A stretch of 64,000 nucleotides of DNA from Minisyncoccota bacterium (GTDB lineage: Bacteria; Patescibacteriota; Minisyncoccia; UBA6257; 2-01-FULL-56-20), in NCBI GenBank assembly GCA_035541435.1, contig DATKNL010000002.1, positions 3,962 through 67,961 on the forward strand, in the 5' to 3' direction. Below are positions 36,973 through 46,327 of the stretch, piece after piece. The notes beneath the pieces are model-generated. The model did no database searches and was not told the DNA's origin. It was given only the letters and a program-made list of their open reading frames with translations. Each line of letters starts with the position of its first letter. The first letter of the stretch is position 1. A program made the position numbers and the translations under genes.

Positions 36973-38244
36973 CTATTCGATCCCGTCGTATTCGCGGACC
37001 GTGAGCTGGGAATCGATCTGCCGCATCGTCTCGAGGGCGACGGCGACCACGATGAGGAGCGCGGTGCCGCTGATCGTGACGACCGCGATGCCCGTGAGCG
37101 CCTGAACGATGAGCGGGAGGACGGCGATGATGCCGAGGAAGGCGGCGCCGAAGAGCGTGATGCGGTTCACGATGCTGCCGAAAAACTTTTCGGTGCTCTC
37201 ACCGGGACGGATGCCGGGCACGAATCCCCCGCTCCGCTGGAGGTTCTTCGCGACCTCCTCGGGGTTGAACGTGATCGCGGTATAGAAATAGGTGAAGGCG
37301 AACACGAGCAGGAAGTAAACGACGCCGTAATAGAGGTGGTTGTTCACGAACGCCTGCGCGAAGCCGTTCACCTTGAGCGCCCAGGTCGTCGAGAAGATCG
37401 TGAGCAGCTGCGCCAGGAACTGAGGCAGCAGAAGGACCGAGATCGCGAAAATGAGCGGGATCATGCCCGCCTGGTTCACCTTGAGCGGCAGGTAGCTCTG
37501 CGCCCCGCCGAACATCTTGTTGCCGCGCACGCGGCGCGCGTAGGCGACCGGGATCTTGCGCTCCCCTTCGTTCAGATAGACGATGCCCGCGATGAGCAGC
37601 AAACCAACGATGATAAAGCCGGCATAAGCCGTGAGCTGCGACGGCGTATAGGCGACGAGTGCCGTGCCGACCGCCGACGGCAGGCGGCTGATGATGCCCG
37701 CCATGATGATGAGCGAGATGCCGTTGCCGATCTTCTGCTCGGTGATGAGCTCGCCGAGCCATAGGGCGATCATCGATCCGCAGGTGATCACGATGATGTT
37801 CGTCGCCAGGTGGAACGGGTCGGGCCGCGGGATGACGTTCTGCGAGATGAGGAGCGTGAGGAAGCCATAGGCCTGGACCATCGCGAGCGGCACCGTGAGG
37901 AGCCGCGCGTACTGGTTGAACTTGGCCTGACCGCGGGCGCCGTCCTCGTAATACATCTCCTTCATGCTCGGAAAGATGATCGTCATGAGCTGCATGATGA
38001 TCGTCGCCGTGATATAGGGACCGACGCCGAGCATCACGACCGAAAGCGTGACGAGGCCGCCGCCCGAGAAGAAGTTGAGGAAGCCGAGCAGCTGGTTGGA
38101 ATTGAAATAGTTCTGCAGGGCCGCGGCGTTGATGCCCGGGATCGGGATCGCGGCGAGCACGCGGAAGGCGACGAGAAGCACGGCCACGATCAGGACCTTC
38201 TTGCGGAGTTCGGGCACCCTGAATATCTGAAGGAATCGTTCCAT
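36973..38244 (-). CDS. secY: Preprotein translocase SecY
   Basis: LGVGPYITATII, IGNGISLII, YLPLKVNQAG, FVPGIRPG. Confidence 0.97.
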   Translation of the reverse strand: MERFLQIFRVPELRKKVLIVAVLLVAFRVLAAIPIPGINAAALQNYFNSNQLLGFLNFFSGGGLVTLSVVMLGVGPYITATIIMQLMTIIFPSMKEMYYEDGARGQAKFNQYARLLTVPLAMVQAYGFLTLLISQNVIPRPDPFHLATNIIVITCGSMIALWLGELITEQKIGNGISLIIMAGIISRLPSAVGTALVAYTPSQLTAYAGFIIVGLLLIAGIVYLNEGERKIPVAYARRVRGNKMFGGAQSYLPLKVNQAGMIPLIFAISVLLLPQFLAQLLTIFSTTWALKVNGFAQAFVNNHLYYGVVYFLLVFAFTYFYTAITFNPEEVAKNLQRSGGFVPGIRPGESTEKFFGSIVNRITLFGAAFLGIIAVLPLIVQALTGIAVVTISGTALLIVVAVALETMRQIDSQLTVREYDGIE

Positions 38245-38253
38245 AAGTGGCGG

Positions 38254-38691
38254 CTAGGTGACGCTGCCTCCGGCCTTTTGGATCTTCGCCTTGGCGCTTT
38301 CCGAAACCTTGAGCCCGGCGACGGCGATCGGGAACGCGATATCGCCGGTGCCGAGCACCTTCACGATGCCGCGGAAGTTCTTATGCAGCAGGCCCGCCTC
38401 GCGCAGAAGCTCGTGGTTCACCGCAAGGGGCGCCGGGCCCTTCGCGCGCGACTGCAGCCGTGCGGCAAGCAGGTTCAGGTTCAACACGTGCTCGTTGATG
38501 TCCTTCTGCTTGTTACGGAAGCCGCGCATCTTCGGCAGGCGGATGATGAGGTCGCGCTCCGCGGGGCGGATGCGGTGGCCCGAGCGGGACTTCTGTCCCT
38601 TCACGCCGCGGCCCGAATAGCTGCCGCGCTTGCCGCTGCGGCCGATGCGCTGGGTCTTCTTCTGGATTGAGGGAAGCTGATGGACGTGCAT
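38254..38691 (-). CDS. rplO: 50S ribosomal protein L15
   Basis: GRGVKGQKSRSG, RLPKMRGF. Confidence 0.95.
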   Translation of the reverse strand: MHVHQLPSIQKKTQRIGRSGKRGSYSGRGVKGQKSRSGHRIRPAERDLIIRLPKMRGFRNKQKDINEHVLNLNLLAARLQSRAKGPAPLAVNHELLREAGLLHKNFRGIVKVLGTGDIAFPIAVAGLKVSESAKAKIQKAGGSVT

Positions 38692-38698
38692 GGTGGTG

Positions 38699-39181
38699 TT
38701 AGGCTTTGAGCTTGCGGAGCGCCTCGAGCGTGGCCATCGCGTTCGTGAGCTTGTTCGGCGTGCGGCCGAGGATCTTCGCCGTGGCGTCCTTCACGCCCGC
38801 GAAGGCGAGAACGAAGCGGACGCTGCCGCCGGCGCGCAGGCCGTGGCCCTTGCTCGCAGGCTTGAGGAGCACCTTGGCGGCGCTGTATTTCGCAAGGACC
38901 TCGTGGGCGATCGTGCGCTGGTCCTTGAGGCTGATCGTGAGCATGTTCTTCCTGGCCTCGGTCTTCGCCTTGGCGACGGCCTGCTGGACGTCGAGGCCCT
39001 TCGCGACGCCGATGCCGACGCGGCCCTTCTCGTCGCCGAGGACGAGGGTCGCGCGGAACCTGAAGCGCTTGCCGCCGGCAACGACGCGCGTCACGCGCCG
39101 CATGTCGAGCACGCGCTCGCGGAATTCGCTCTTGACCGGCACGGCGCTATCGCGCCGCCTCTGGAATGTGGGTGCTGGCAT
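38699..39181 (-). CDS. rpsE: 30S ribosomal protein S5
   Basis: RVTRVVAGGKRFRF. Confidence 0.97.
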   Translation of the reverse strand: MPAPTFQRRRDSAVPVKSEFRERVLDMRRVTRVVAGGKRFRFRATLVLGDEKGRVGIGVAKGLDVQQAVAKAKTEARKNMLTISLKDQRTIAHEVLAKYSAAKVLLKPASKGHGLRAGGSVRFVLAFAGVKDATAKILGRTPNKLTNAMATLEALRKLKA

Positions 39182-39185
39182 GGTG

Positions 39186-39587
39186 TTAGATGGTAAGTCC
39201 CGCTTTCTTCGCGCCTTCGGCGAACTGTTTCACCCGACCGTGAAACTTGTACGATCCGCGGTCGAAGACCGCCTTCGTGATCCCCTTCTCGGTAGCCTTG
39301 CGGCCGAGCACCTCGCCCACCGTGAACGCCTCGTCGGCCTTCTTCGCTTTGGCCTTGGCCTTCGCCGCTGCGGCTGCCGATTTCGCGGCCGCGCCGGCGG
39401 TCTTCGCCGCCGAGCTCGAAACCGAGACGATCGTGACGCCCTTCATGTCGTCGATCAGCTGCGCATAAAAATGGCGGTTGCTGCGGAACACCGCGAGGCG
39501 GGGCCGTTCGGCCGTCCCCTCGATGGCTGCGCGGGTGCGCGCGCCGCGGCGGATCCTCTTTTCGTTGAGCTTCTTCCTTGGGTTCAT
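39186..39587 (-). CDS. rplR: 50S ribosomal protein L18 (Ala/Lys-rich insertion)
   Basis: RPRLAVFRSN, FDRGSYKFHGRV. Confidence 0.95.
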   Translation of the reverse strand: MNPRKKLNEKRIRRGARTRAAIEGTAERPRLAVFRSNRHFYAQLIDDMKGVTIVSVSSSAAKTAGAAAKSAAAAAKAKAKAKKADEAFTVGEVLGRKATEKGITKAVFDRGSYKFHGRVKQFAEGAKKAGLTI

Positions 39588-39597
39588 GATGGTGATG

Positions 39598-40137
39598 TTA
39601 CGACGCCGTCGCTCCGGCTTTCTTGCCGACCTTGCGGCGGATCACTTCGCCCTGATAATGGATGCCCTTGCCCTTGTACGGTTCGGGCTTCTTGAGCGCC
39701 CGGATCTCGGCCGCAGCCTGCCCGACCGCTTCCTTGCTGATGCCCGTGATCTTGATCGTGTTCTTCTCGAGCGTGATCTCGACGCCCGCGGGAACCGGCA
39801 GCTTGACCGGCTGGGCATAGCCGAGATACAGGACGAGCGTCTTGCCTTCCATCACGGCGCGGTAGCCGACGCCCTCGATCTCGAGGACCTTCGTGAACCC
39901 GTCGGTCACGCCGGCGATCGCGTTCTTCGCAAGCGCATAGAACGTCCCCGCCATGGCGGTCGAGCCGTTGCCCTTCGCCGTCACATTCGCGTTCGTCCCT
40001 TCGACGGCGATGTCGACGTTGTGCGGGATCCTGACCGTGAGCGCGCCCTTCGGGCCCTTCACGGCAAGAACGTCGCCGTCCTTCGTGACGGTCGCTCCCT
40101 GCGCGATGATGATGGGTTTCTTGATGAGGCGGGACAT
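39598..40137 (-). CDS. rplF: 50S ribosomal protein L6
   Basis: VKGPKG, PEPYKGKGI. Confidence 0.97.
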   Translation of the reverse strand: MSRLIKKPIIIAQGATVTKDGDVLAVKGPKGALTVRIPHNVDIAVEGTNANVTAKGNGSTAMAGTFYALAKNAIAGVTDGFTKVLEIEGVGYRAVMEGKTLVLYLGYAQPVKLPVPAGVEITLEKNTIKITGISKEAVGQAAAEIRALKKPEPYKGKGIHYQGEVIRRKVGKKAGATAS

Positions 40138-40138
40138 G

Positions 40139-40513
40139 TTACCAGATTTCAAAAAGATATTCGCCGCCGATTTTCGCCTTGAGCGCCTGCTTGTCCGACA
40201 TGATGCCCTTCGAGGTCGAGAAGACGCCGATGCCGTGGCCCTGCTTCACCCGGCGGATGCTGCGGTAGTCGGCATAGAAATGGCGGCTCGGCTTGCTCAC
40301 GATCTTGAAATCGTTCAGGGCCTTGTCCTTCGCCGGAAGCTTCACGGCGATCACGGTGCGGCGGCCGACGGTCTCTTTTTCGGCGCTCTTCACATAGCCG
40401 CCGTCCGTCAGCACCTTGAGCACCGCGAAGTCCATTTTCGAGTACGGAAACGTCACCCGGTCTTTGCGGGCCCGCACGGCATTTTTGAGTTCTGAAAGGA
40501 TGTTGTAATACAT
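40139..40513 (-). CDS. rpsH: 30S ribosomal protein S8
   Basis: VSKPSRHFY, STSKGIM, IGGE. Confidence 0.93.
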   Translation of the reverse strand: MYYNILSELKNAVRARKDRVTFPYSKMDFAVLKVLTDGGYVKSAEKETVGRRTVIAVKLPAKDKALNDFKIVSKPSRHFYADYRSIRRVKQGHGIGVFSTSKGIMSDKQALKAKIGGEYLFEIW

Positions 40514-40530
40514 GCTCGTGGTGATCGGGA

Positions 40531-40716
40531 TTACCAGGACGCCTTTTTCACGCCCGGGATCTGCTGGTTGGTCGCCATCTCGCGGAAGCAGATGCGGCAC
40601 AGGCCGAAATCGCGCATATAGCCGCGCTTGCGGCCGCAGCGGAAACAGCGGCGCACGGCGCGGGTCGAGTACTTCGGGCGCTTTTTCGATCGCGCGATGA
40701 CGGATGCTTTTGCCAT
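40531..40716 (-). CDS. rpsN: 30S ribosomal protein S14 (Zn-binding type Z)
   Basis: [23 protein letters not shown]. Confidence 0.97.
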   Translation of the reverse strand: MAKASVIARSKKRPKYSTRAVRRCFRCGRKRGYMRDFGLCRICFREMATNQQIPGVKKASW

Positions 40717-40717
40717 G

Positions 40718-41254
40718 TTATTTCCTCTTCTTCGGCGCCGCCCCCTTCTTCATCGGGACGCCGAACTTCGCGAACGCGGCGACCGCCGCATCGTGGTTCT
40801 TCTTCTTGGGAACGATGCTCACGCCGATCGAGAACGAAACGGGCGACTGTTCGGGCGTGATTTCGGGGAACACCTGATGCTCTCTGATGCCGACGTTCAG
40901 CGTGCCGCCCTGGTCGATGGCGGATTGGTTCAGGCCGTTAAAGTCGCGCACACGGGGCAATACTATTGTAATCAGACGCTCGAAAAAATCAACCATTTTG
41001 TCGCGGCGAAGGGTCGTCCGCAGGCCGACGATCTGGCCTTCGCGGAGCTTGAAGCCCGCGATGGACTTCTTCGCGCGGCGGAGCTGCGGCTTCTGGCCGG
41101 CGATGTCGGCGAGGTCGCGCTCGACCTGGACGAGCGTCTTGTCCTCGAAGTTCGGCGTCTGGCCGAGACGGCCGACACCCGCGTCGATCACGATCTTCTC
41201 GAGGAAGGCCCTGATCTCCTTGCGCTGGTTCTGTTGTTCGGTGTTCGTAGCCAT
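40718..41254 (-). CDS. rplE: 50S ribosomal protein L5
   Basis: [23 protein letters not shown]. Confidence 0.96.
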   Translation of the reverse strand: MATNTEQQNQRKEIRAFLEKIVIDAGVGRLGQTPNFEDKTLVQVERDLADIAGQKPQLRRAKKSIAGFKLREGQIVGLRTTLRRDKMVDFFERLITIVLPRVRDFNGLNQSAIDQGGTLNVGIREHQVFPEITPEQSPVSFSIGVSIVPKKKNHDAAVAAFAKFGVPMKKGAAPKKRK

Positions 41255-41259
41255 GGTGG

Positions 41260-41568
41260 TTAGATGGTCGCCTTGCATTTCTTGCAGAAACGGACCTTGG
41301 TCCCCTTCCCCTCGATGCGATAGCCGATCCGGGTCGGCTGCTTGCAGCTCGCGCAGACGAGCTGCACCTTCGAGACGGGCATCGGGCGGGCGACGTTGAC
41401 GATCTGGCCGGTTTCTCCCTGGCGGCGGGGGCGCGAACGCTTCTTGAAGAGGTTCAGCCCCTCGACGACGATCCTGTCCTCGATCGGGTATGCCAAAAGC
41501 ACGGTCCCGGTCTTGCCCCGGTCCTTTCCCGACATGATCTTCACATGATCGCCCTTCTTAATCTTCAT
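41260..41568 (-). CDS. rplX: 50S ribosomal protein L24
   Basis: IKKGDHVKIMSGKDRGKTG. Confidence 0.97.
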   Translation of the reverse strand: MKIKKGDHVKIMSGKDRGKTGTVLLAYPIEDRIVVEGLNLFKKRSRPRRQGETGQIVNVARPMPVSKVQLVCASCKQPTRIGYRIEGKGTKVRFCKKCKATI

Positions 41569-41575
41569 GGTTTTG

Positions 41576-41613
41576 ATATTCGTACATTCGTAAAAATTCG
41601 TTCGTTCGCGAAC
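41576..41613. repeat. Solo TTCGTA/TACGAA tandem-unit arm in the rplN-rplX spacer
   Basis: 41578-41601 ATTCGTAcATTCGTAAAAATTCGT matches the reverse complement of 56616-56639 at 23/24. Confidence 0.8.
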
Positions 41614-41614
41614 A

Positions 41615-41983
41615 TTAGACGATTTCCTCGGCCATCGTCATGAGCTTCTCATAGCCCTTCTCCTTGAGCTCGCGAGGCAGGGGGCCGAAGATGCGGGTTG
41701 CGACCGGCTCTTTTTTCGCGTCGATGAGGACGACGGCGTTCTCGTCGAAGCGGACGTACGATCCGTCCTTGCGGCGCATCGCGTTCCTCGTGCGGACGAC
41801 GAGCACCTTCACGACGTCCTTCTTCTTGACGCTCTTGCGGGGCTCAGCCGACTGCACCGAGGCGACCACGATGTCGCCGATGTTCGCATAGCGGTGGCGG
41901 GTGCCGCCGAGGATGCGGAAGCACCGCACGACTTTGGCGCCGCTGTTGTCCGCTACCTTGAGGATGGAACGTTCCTGGATCAT
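41615..41983 (-). CDS. rplN: 50S ribosomal protein L14
   Basis: [22 protein letters not shown]. Confidence 0.98.
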   Translation of the reverse strand: MIQERSILKVADNSGAKVVRCFRILGGTRHRYANIGDIVVASVQSAEPRKSVKKKDVVKVLVVRTRNAMRRKDGSYVRFDENAVVLIDAKKEPVATRIFGPLPRELKEKGYEKLMTMAEEIV

Positions 41984-41989
41984 GGCTCG

Positions 41990-42259
41990 TTATTTCGTGA
42001 CCTTGCCGACGATGCGCCAGCGCTTGTCCTTCGATATGGGGCGCGTCTCTTCGATCACGACCTTGTCGCCGGCCTTATACTCGTTGTTCTCGTCATGCGC
42101 CTTGAACTTCGCCGTGACGCGGTAATAGGTCACGTACTTCGGGTGCTTCTTGAGGCGCTCGACGGCAACGACGCGCGTCTTCTGCATGCGGTCAGAGACG
42201 ACGGTGCCGGTAAGCTTGCGGTGCCTGGGTTGGGATTGGATTGGGGTTGCCTTCTGCAT
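41990..42259 (-). CDS. rpsQ: 30S ribosomal protein S17
   Basis: [22 protein letters not shown]. Confidence 0.97.
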   Translation of the reverse strand: MQKATPIQSQPRHRKLTGTVVSDRMQKTRVVAVERLKKHPKYVTYYRVTAKFKAHDENNEYKAGDKVVIEETRPISKDKRWRIVGKVTK

Positions 42260-42267
42260 GGTCGTGG

Positions 42268-42462
42268 TTATGCCTTGGCTTTCAAAAACGTCTTTACGCG
42301 CGCGATCTTCTTCTTGAGCTCGCGGAGTTCCGCTACATTCTTCACTTTTCCGGCCGCAAGGTCAAACCGGAGCACGCGCAGCTTCTCTTTGCTCTCGCGC
42401 TCGAGGTTCGTGAGGTCGGCGGCCGAGCGGTTTTTGAGGTCCTGGATGTCTTTCTTCTTCAT
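42268..42462 (-). CDS. rpmC: 50S ribosomal protein L29
   Basis: LRF...KKKIARVKT; synteny. Confidence 0.93.
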   Translation of the reverse strand: MKKKDIQDLKNRSAADLTNLERESKEKLRVLRFDLAAGKVKNVAELRELKKKIARVKTFLKAKA

Positions 42463-42471
42463 GGCTCGTGG

Positions 42472-42894
42472 TTAATGGGTGCCCATCTTCTCGATGATGC
42501 GACTCTTTACCGGAAGCTTGTAGGACGCGTGACGCAGGGCTTCTTTGGCTTTCCCGGCCTCGACGCCGTCGATTTCGAAAAGGATCCGTCCCGGCTTCAC
42601 CGGGAATACGAAATGGTCAACCGATCCCTTGCCGCCGCCGAGCGTCTTTTCAGGCGCCTGGAGCGTGATCGGCTTGTCGGGGAAGATCCGGATCCAGAGG
42701 CGCCCTTCGCGCTTGAGGAAGTTCGTGATCGTCTTGCGGGCGGCCTCGATCTGGCGCGAGTTGACCCACGCCGCCTCGAGCGACTTCAAGCCGAACTGGC
42801 CGTAGCTCAGCTCGAGCCCGCGCGTCTCAACGGTGCGCTTCTTCGAGCGCCCCTTCTGCCATTTGCGATGTTTTACTTTTTTAGGAAGCAGCAT
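42472..42894 (-). CDS. rplP: 50S ribosomal protein L16
   Basis: RQIEAAR, WIRIFPDKP, GGGKG. Confidence 0.97.
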   Translation of the reverse strand: MLLPKKVKHRKWQKGRSKKRTVETRGLELSYGQFGLKSLEAAWVNSRQIEAARKTITNFLKREGRLWIRIFPDKPITLQAPEKTLGGGKGSVDHFVFPVKPGRILFEIDGVEAGKAKEALRHASYKLPVKSRIIEKMGTH

Positions 42895-42906
42895 GGTCGT
42901 GATGTC

Positions 42907-43677
42907 TTATTGGCGGGGTGCGGTGCGCGGCGCCTTATCGTCGCGGCCATAGGGCGGACGGGGTCCCCGCATGTCGCGGCGGCCGGCGAAGCGGCTGTCT
43001 TCGCGCTCCTGGGCGGCGCGGTCCTTGGCGAAAATCTCTCCTTTATAGACCCACACGCGGATGCCGATCGTGCCATAGCTCGTCTTCGCGGTCACGCGGC
43101 CATAGTCGATGTCGGCGCGGAGCGTCTGCAGCGGGAGCGAGCCCCGCGACAGCCATTCGCGGCGCGCGATCTCCTTGCCGTCGAGGCGGCCCGACAGGAA
43201 CACCTTCACGCCCTTCACGTCCTTGTTCTGCTGCACCTGCTCCACGTATTTCTTCATCGTGCGGCGGAACGGCATGCGGCGCTCAAGGTCCCATGCGATC
43301 TGCTGGGCGACATAGCGGGCCGAAACTTCGGAACGCTTGAGTTCCTCGACGTTGAGGCTGAGCGCAACCTTGTTGCGGTTGCCGCGGACCTTCTGCAGCG
43401 CCGTGACGACGGCCTTCTGCAGGTCCTCCATCCCCTTGCCACCACGGCCGATCACGAGGCCCGGACGGGCCGCCTTGATATAGACGCGAAGGTTGCCCTG
43501 CGTGCGCTCGATCTGGACCTCGGAAATGCCGGCCTGGGCGATCTTCTGGTCGATCGTCGCGCGGATGGCCTCGTCCTCTTCCAGGAACTGCTTGTAGCCG
43601 GCCTTAAGGAACCAGCGAACCGGCCAGTCCTTCGTCACCCCGAGGCGGTATGAATTTGGATTGATCTTCTGTCCCAT
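42907..43677 (-). CDS. rpsC: 30S ribosomal protein S3
   Basis: MGQKINP, RPGLVIGRGG, PLQTLRADIDY. Confidence 0.98.
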   Translation of the reverse strand: MGQKINPNSYRLGVTKDWPVRWFLKAGYKQFLEEDEAIRATIDQKIAQAGISEVQIERTQGNLRVYIKAARPGLVIGRGGKGMEDLQKAVVTALQKVRGNRNKVALSLNVEELKRSEVSARYVAQQIAWDLERRMPFRRTMKKYVEQVQQNKDVKGVKVFLSGRLDGKEIARREWLSRGSLPLQTLRADIDYGRVTAKTSYGTIGIRVWVYKGEIFAKDRAAQEREDSRFAGRRDMRGPRPPYGRDDKAPRTAPRQ

Positions 43678-43683
43678 GGCGTG

Positions 43684-44199
43684 TTAGATATTGCCCGACT
43701 TGCGGCGCGTGAACGTGCGCTTCCAGAATCCGGGCTTCTGCGGCCTCGAGTCCTTCTCGGTGCCGGTATCGGGCGTGTGCTTGTCCTTGATCTTCTTCGT
43801 GTCGGTCACGGGCGGCAGCTTCGTCTTCTTCGGCGCCACGATCGTGAACTTCGGCTTGAGCGCCTCATTCACGCCGAGCGTGATCGTCACGTGGCTCATC
43901 TTCTTCTCGATCGGCGATGCCGAACCGCGGGCGCGGGGCAGGATGCGCTTCAGCATCGGCCCGCCATCGACGCGGACGTTCTGTACGAAAAGATGGTCGG
44001 CATTGAGCTTCTTGTTGGTTTTAGCATTCGCGACGGCCGAGCGCAAGAGCTTCAGGAGCGCTTTTGCGGGCCGGCGGCGCTGGGTGATGAGCTGCGCCTC
44101 GGCCTCGTTCACCGGCATGCCCTTCACGAGGTCGCCAACGCTGCGCACCTTGCGGGGTGCCATGCGGAGATAGCGGAGGGTTGCGGTTTGCTGTTCCAT
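43684..44199 (-). CDS. rplV: 50S ribosomal protein L22 (C-terminal extension)
   Basis: APRKVR, SAVANA, PRARGSA. Confidence 0.96.
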   Translation of the reverse strand: MEQQTATLRYLRMAPRKVRSVGDLVKGMPVNEAEAQLITQRRRPAKALLKLLRSAVANAKTNKKLNADHLFVQNVRVDGGPMLKRILPRARGSASPIEKKMSHVTITLGVNEALKPKFTIVAPKKTKLPPVTDTKKIKDKHTPDTGTEKDSRPQKPGFWKRTFTRRKSGNI

Positions 44200-44205
44200 G
44201 GTTCG

Positions 44206-44529
44206 TTATTTCTTGGCTGCCTGCGATGCGGCCTTTCCGGCCTCGGCGGCCTTGAGCTCGAGCTCTTTCTGCATCTTGCCGCCGTGACGGGTGAACTTGC
44301 GCGTGGGCGAGAACTCGCCGAGGCGATGCCCCACCATCTCTTCGGTCACGCGGACCTCGATGAAGGCCCGGCCGTTGTGCACGCCGAACACGTGGCCCAC
44401 CATTTCGGGGGCGATCTCCGAGGCGCGCGACCAGGTCTTGATGACCGTACCGCTTCCCGCCTTGGCGGCGGCCACCTTCTTCAGCAGCTTCGGATCGACG
44501 AACGGTCCTTTTTTGAGGCTTCGGCTCAT
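44206..44529 (-). CDS. rpsS: 30S ribosomal protein S19
   Basis: [29 protein letters not shown]. Confidence 0.97.
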   Translation of the reverse strand: MSRSLKKGPFVDPKLLKKVAAAKAGSGTVIKTWSRASEIAPEMVGHVFGVHNGRAFIEVRVTEEMVGHRLGEFSPTRKFTRHGGKMQKELELKAAEAGKAASQAAKK

Positions 44530-44549
44530 GGTTTCGTTATATGGATAGG

Positions 44550-45392
44550 TTAGTTCGTTCCGCGGGCGTTCTTGCGGCGCTTCACGATGAATTTGCTCGA
44601 CTTCTTCTTCGGGTTGCGGGTCTTGTGGCCGCCGGTCACCTTGCCCCACATCGTCTTCGGCTTGCGGGTGCCGCGAGGCTGCGCGCCTTCGCCGCCGCCG
44701 TACGGATGGTCAACCGGGTTCATGGCACTGCCGCGGACCGTCGGACGGATGCCGAGCCAGCGCGAGCGTCCCGCCTTGCCGATCGAGATGAGGCTCCATT
44801 CGGCGTTCGAGACCTGGCCGAGCGAGGCGAGGCACGTCCACTGGACGCGGCGCACTTCGCCGGAGTTGAGCTTGAGGTCGGTATAGCCGTCGGCGTTCGC
44901 AAGAACTTCGGCATAGGAACCCGCCGAACGCGCGAGCTGTCCGCCGCGGCCCGGCGTCATCTCGACGTTATAGACCTGATAGCCGACCGGGATGTTCTTG
45001 AGGCTCATGCGGTTGCCCGGCTTGAAGGGCGTCGTTTCGGCGACCGCGATCTCGGTGCCGACCGCGAGGCCTTCGGGAGCGAGGATGTAGCTGCGGCTGC
45101 CGTCGGCATTCTTCACGCGCGCGATGAACGCCGTGCGATACGGGTCATATTCGATCGTCTCGACAAGCTGCTTCGCGTTCATGACGTTCTGCCTGAAATC
45201 AACCATGCGGTACAGCTTCTTGTTGCCGCCGCCCTGGTGTCGCGTCGTGATGCGGCCTTGCGAGTTGCGGCCGGCGCGCGACTTGAGGCGCTTGAGGAGC
45301 GGCTTGTACGGGCGTGCGCCTTTCGTAAGCACGCTGTAGTCGGTCCCGGTCATGTTGCGCCGCGAGGCGCTTGTGGGCTTGTAGGTCTTCAT
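44550..45392 (-). CDS. rplB: 50S ribosomal protein L2
   Basis: [24 protein letters not shown]. Confidence 0.98.
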   Translation of the reverse strand: MKTYKPTSASRRNMTGTDYSVLTKGARPYKPLLKRLKSRAGRNSQGRITTRHQGGGNKKLYRMVDFRQNVMNAKQLVETIEYDPYRTAFIARVKNADGSRSYILAPEGLAVGTEIAVAETTPFKPGNRMSLKNIPVGYQVYNVEMTPGRGGQLARSAGSYAEVLANADGYTDLKLNSGEVRRVQWTCLASLGQVSNAEWSLISIGKAGRSRWLGIRPTVRGSAMNPVDHPYGGGEGAQPRGTRKPKTMWGKVTGGHKTRNPKKKSSKFIVKRRKNARGTN

Positions 45393-45398
45393 GGCTCG

Positions 45399-45674
45399 TT
45401 ATACGAGGTCGATTTTCTGGCCTTCCTTCAAGGTCACGATCGCCTTGCGATAGCCTTCCTGGACGCCGCGGCGGTTCATGTAGCGCTTGCTCTTCGCCGG
45501 GCGGTTCACGACGTTAACGTCGGTGACGTCCACCTTATAAATGTCCCGGATCGCCTTCTTGATTTCGGGCTTCGAGGCTTTCTCGCGCACGAGGAACACG
45601 TATTTGCGGTCGGCACCCATGAGGGCCGCCTTCTCGGTGATCCACGGCTTCTTGATGATGAATTGGTCGGTCAT
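45399..45674 (-). CDS. rplW: 50S ribosomal protein L23
   Basis: PWITEKA, YRKAIVTL. Confidence 0.96.
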   Translation of the reverse strand: MTDQFIIKKPWITEKAALMGADRKYVFLVREKASKPEIKKAIRDIYKVDVTDVNVVNRPAKSKRYMNRRGVQEGYRKAIVTLKEGQKIDLV

Positions 45675-45683
45675 GGCTCGTTA

Positions 45684-46322
45684 TTAGTAGTGCTTTTCGA
45701 TGGTGGCGACCGACGACTTCTCGATAAAGAGGTTCTTATGATTCAAAACATCGAACACGTTGAGGGACATCGCGTCGATGGCCTTCGCCTTCTGCAGGTT
45801 GGACGAGGCGCGGAAGAGGTTCTTGTTGTCCTTGCTCGAAACGAGGAGCACGTCATAGCGCTTCGCGCGCTTCTGCATCGCGAGCGCCGTGCCGAGCGAC
45901 GAGGCGAGCACCTTGGTCTTCGGAGCCTCGATCGCGAACGAGTCGAACACCTTGAGCTCGCCGTCCTTCGCCTTGCGCGAAAGCGCGACGAACAGCGCGA
46001 GGCGCTTCATCTTCTTGTTGACCTTCTGCGAATAGTCCTTGTCGTTGCGCGGACCGTGGGCCTTGCCGCCATGGACCCAGATCGGCGACCGGGTGGAGCC
46101 GTGGCGCGCGCGGCCGGTCCCCTTCTGACGCCAAGGCTTTTTGCCGCCGCCGCTCACCTCGCTGCGGTCGCGCACGTGCGCCCACGGACGCCGGGCATTC
46201 GCAGCCTGGGCGTCGAGCACCTGCTTCACGAGCGTCGAGTTCCAACGCGCGCCGAAGACGGCCTCGGGCAGATCAACCGTGCCAACCACTTCGTTTTTCA
46301 GATTGTAGACGTCGGTCTTCAT
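45684..46322 (-). CDS. rplD: 50S ribosomal protein L4
   Basis: GGGKKPWRQKGTGRARHGS. Confidence 0.97.
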   Translation of the reverse strand: MKTDVYNLKNEVVGTVDLPEAVFGARWNSTLVKQVLDAQAANARRPWAHVRDRSEVSGGGKKPWRQKGTGRARHGSTRSPIWVHGGKAHGPRNDKDYSQKVNKKMKRLALFVALSRKAKDGELKVFDSFAIEAPKTKVLASSLGTALAMQKRAKRYDVLLVSSKDNKNLFRASSNLQKAKAIDAMSLNVFDVLNHKNLFIEKSSVATIEKHY

Positions 46323-46327
46323 GGTCG

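Noticed and set aside
38692-38698. Missing rpmD as a novelty
   Set aside because: Established CPR feature; used only as a taxonomic clue.
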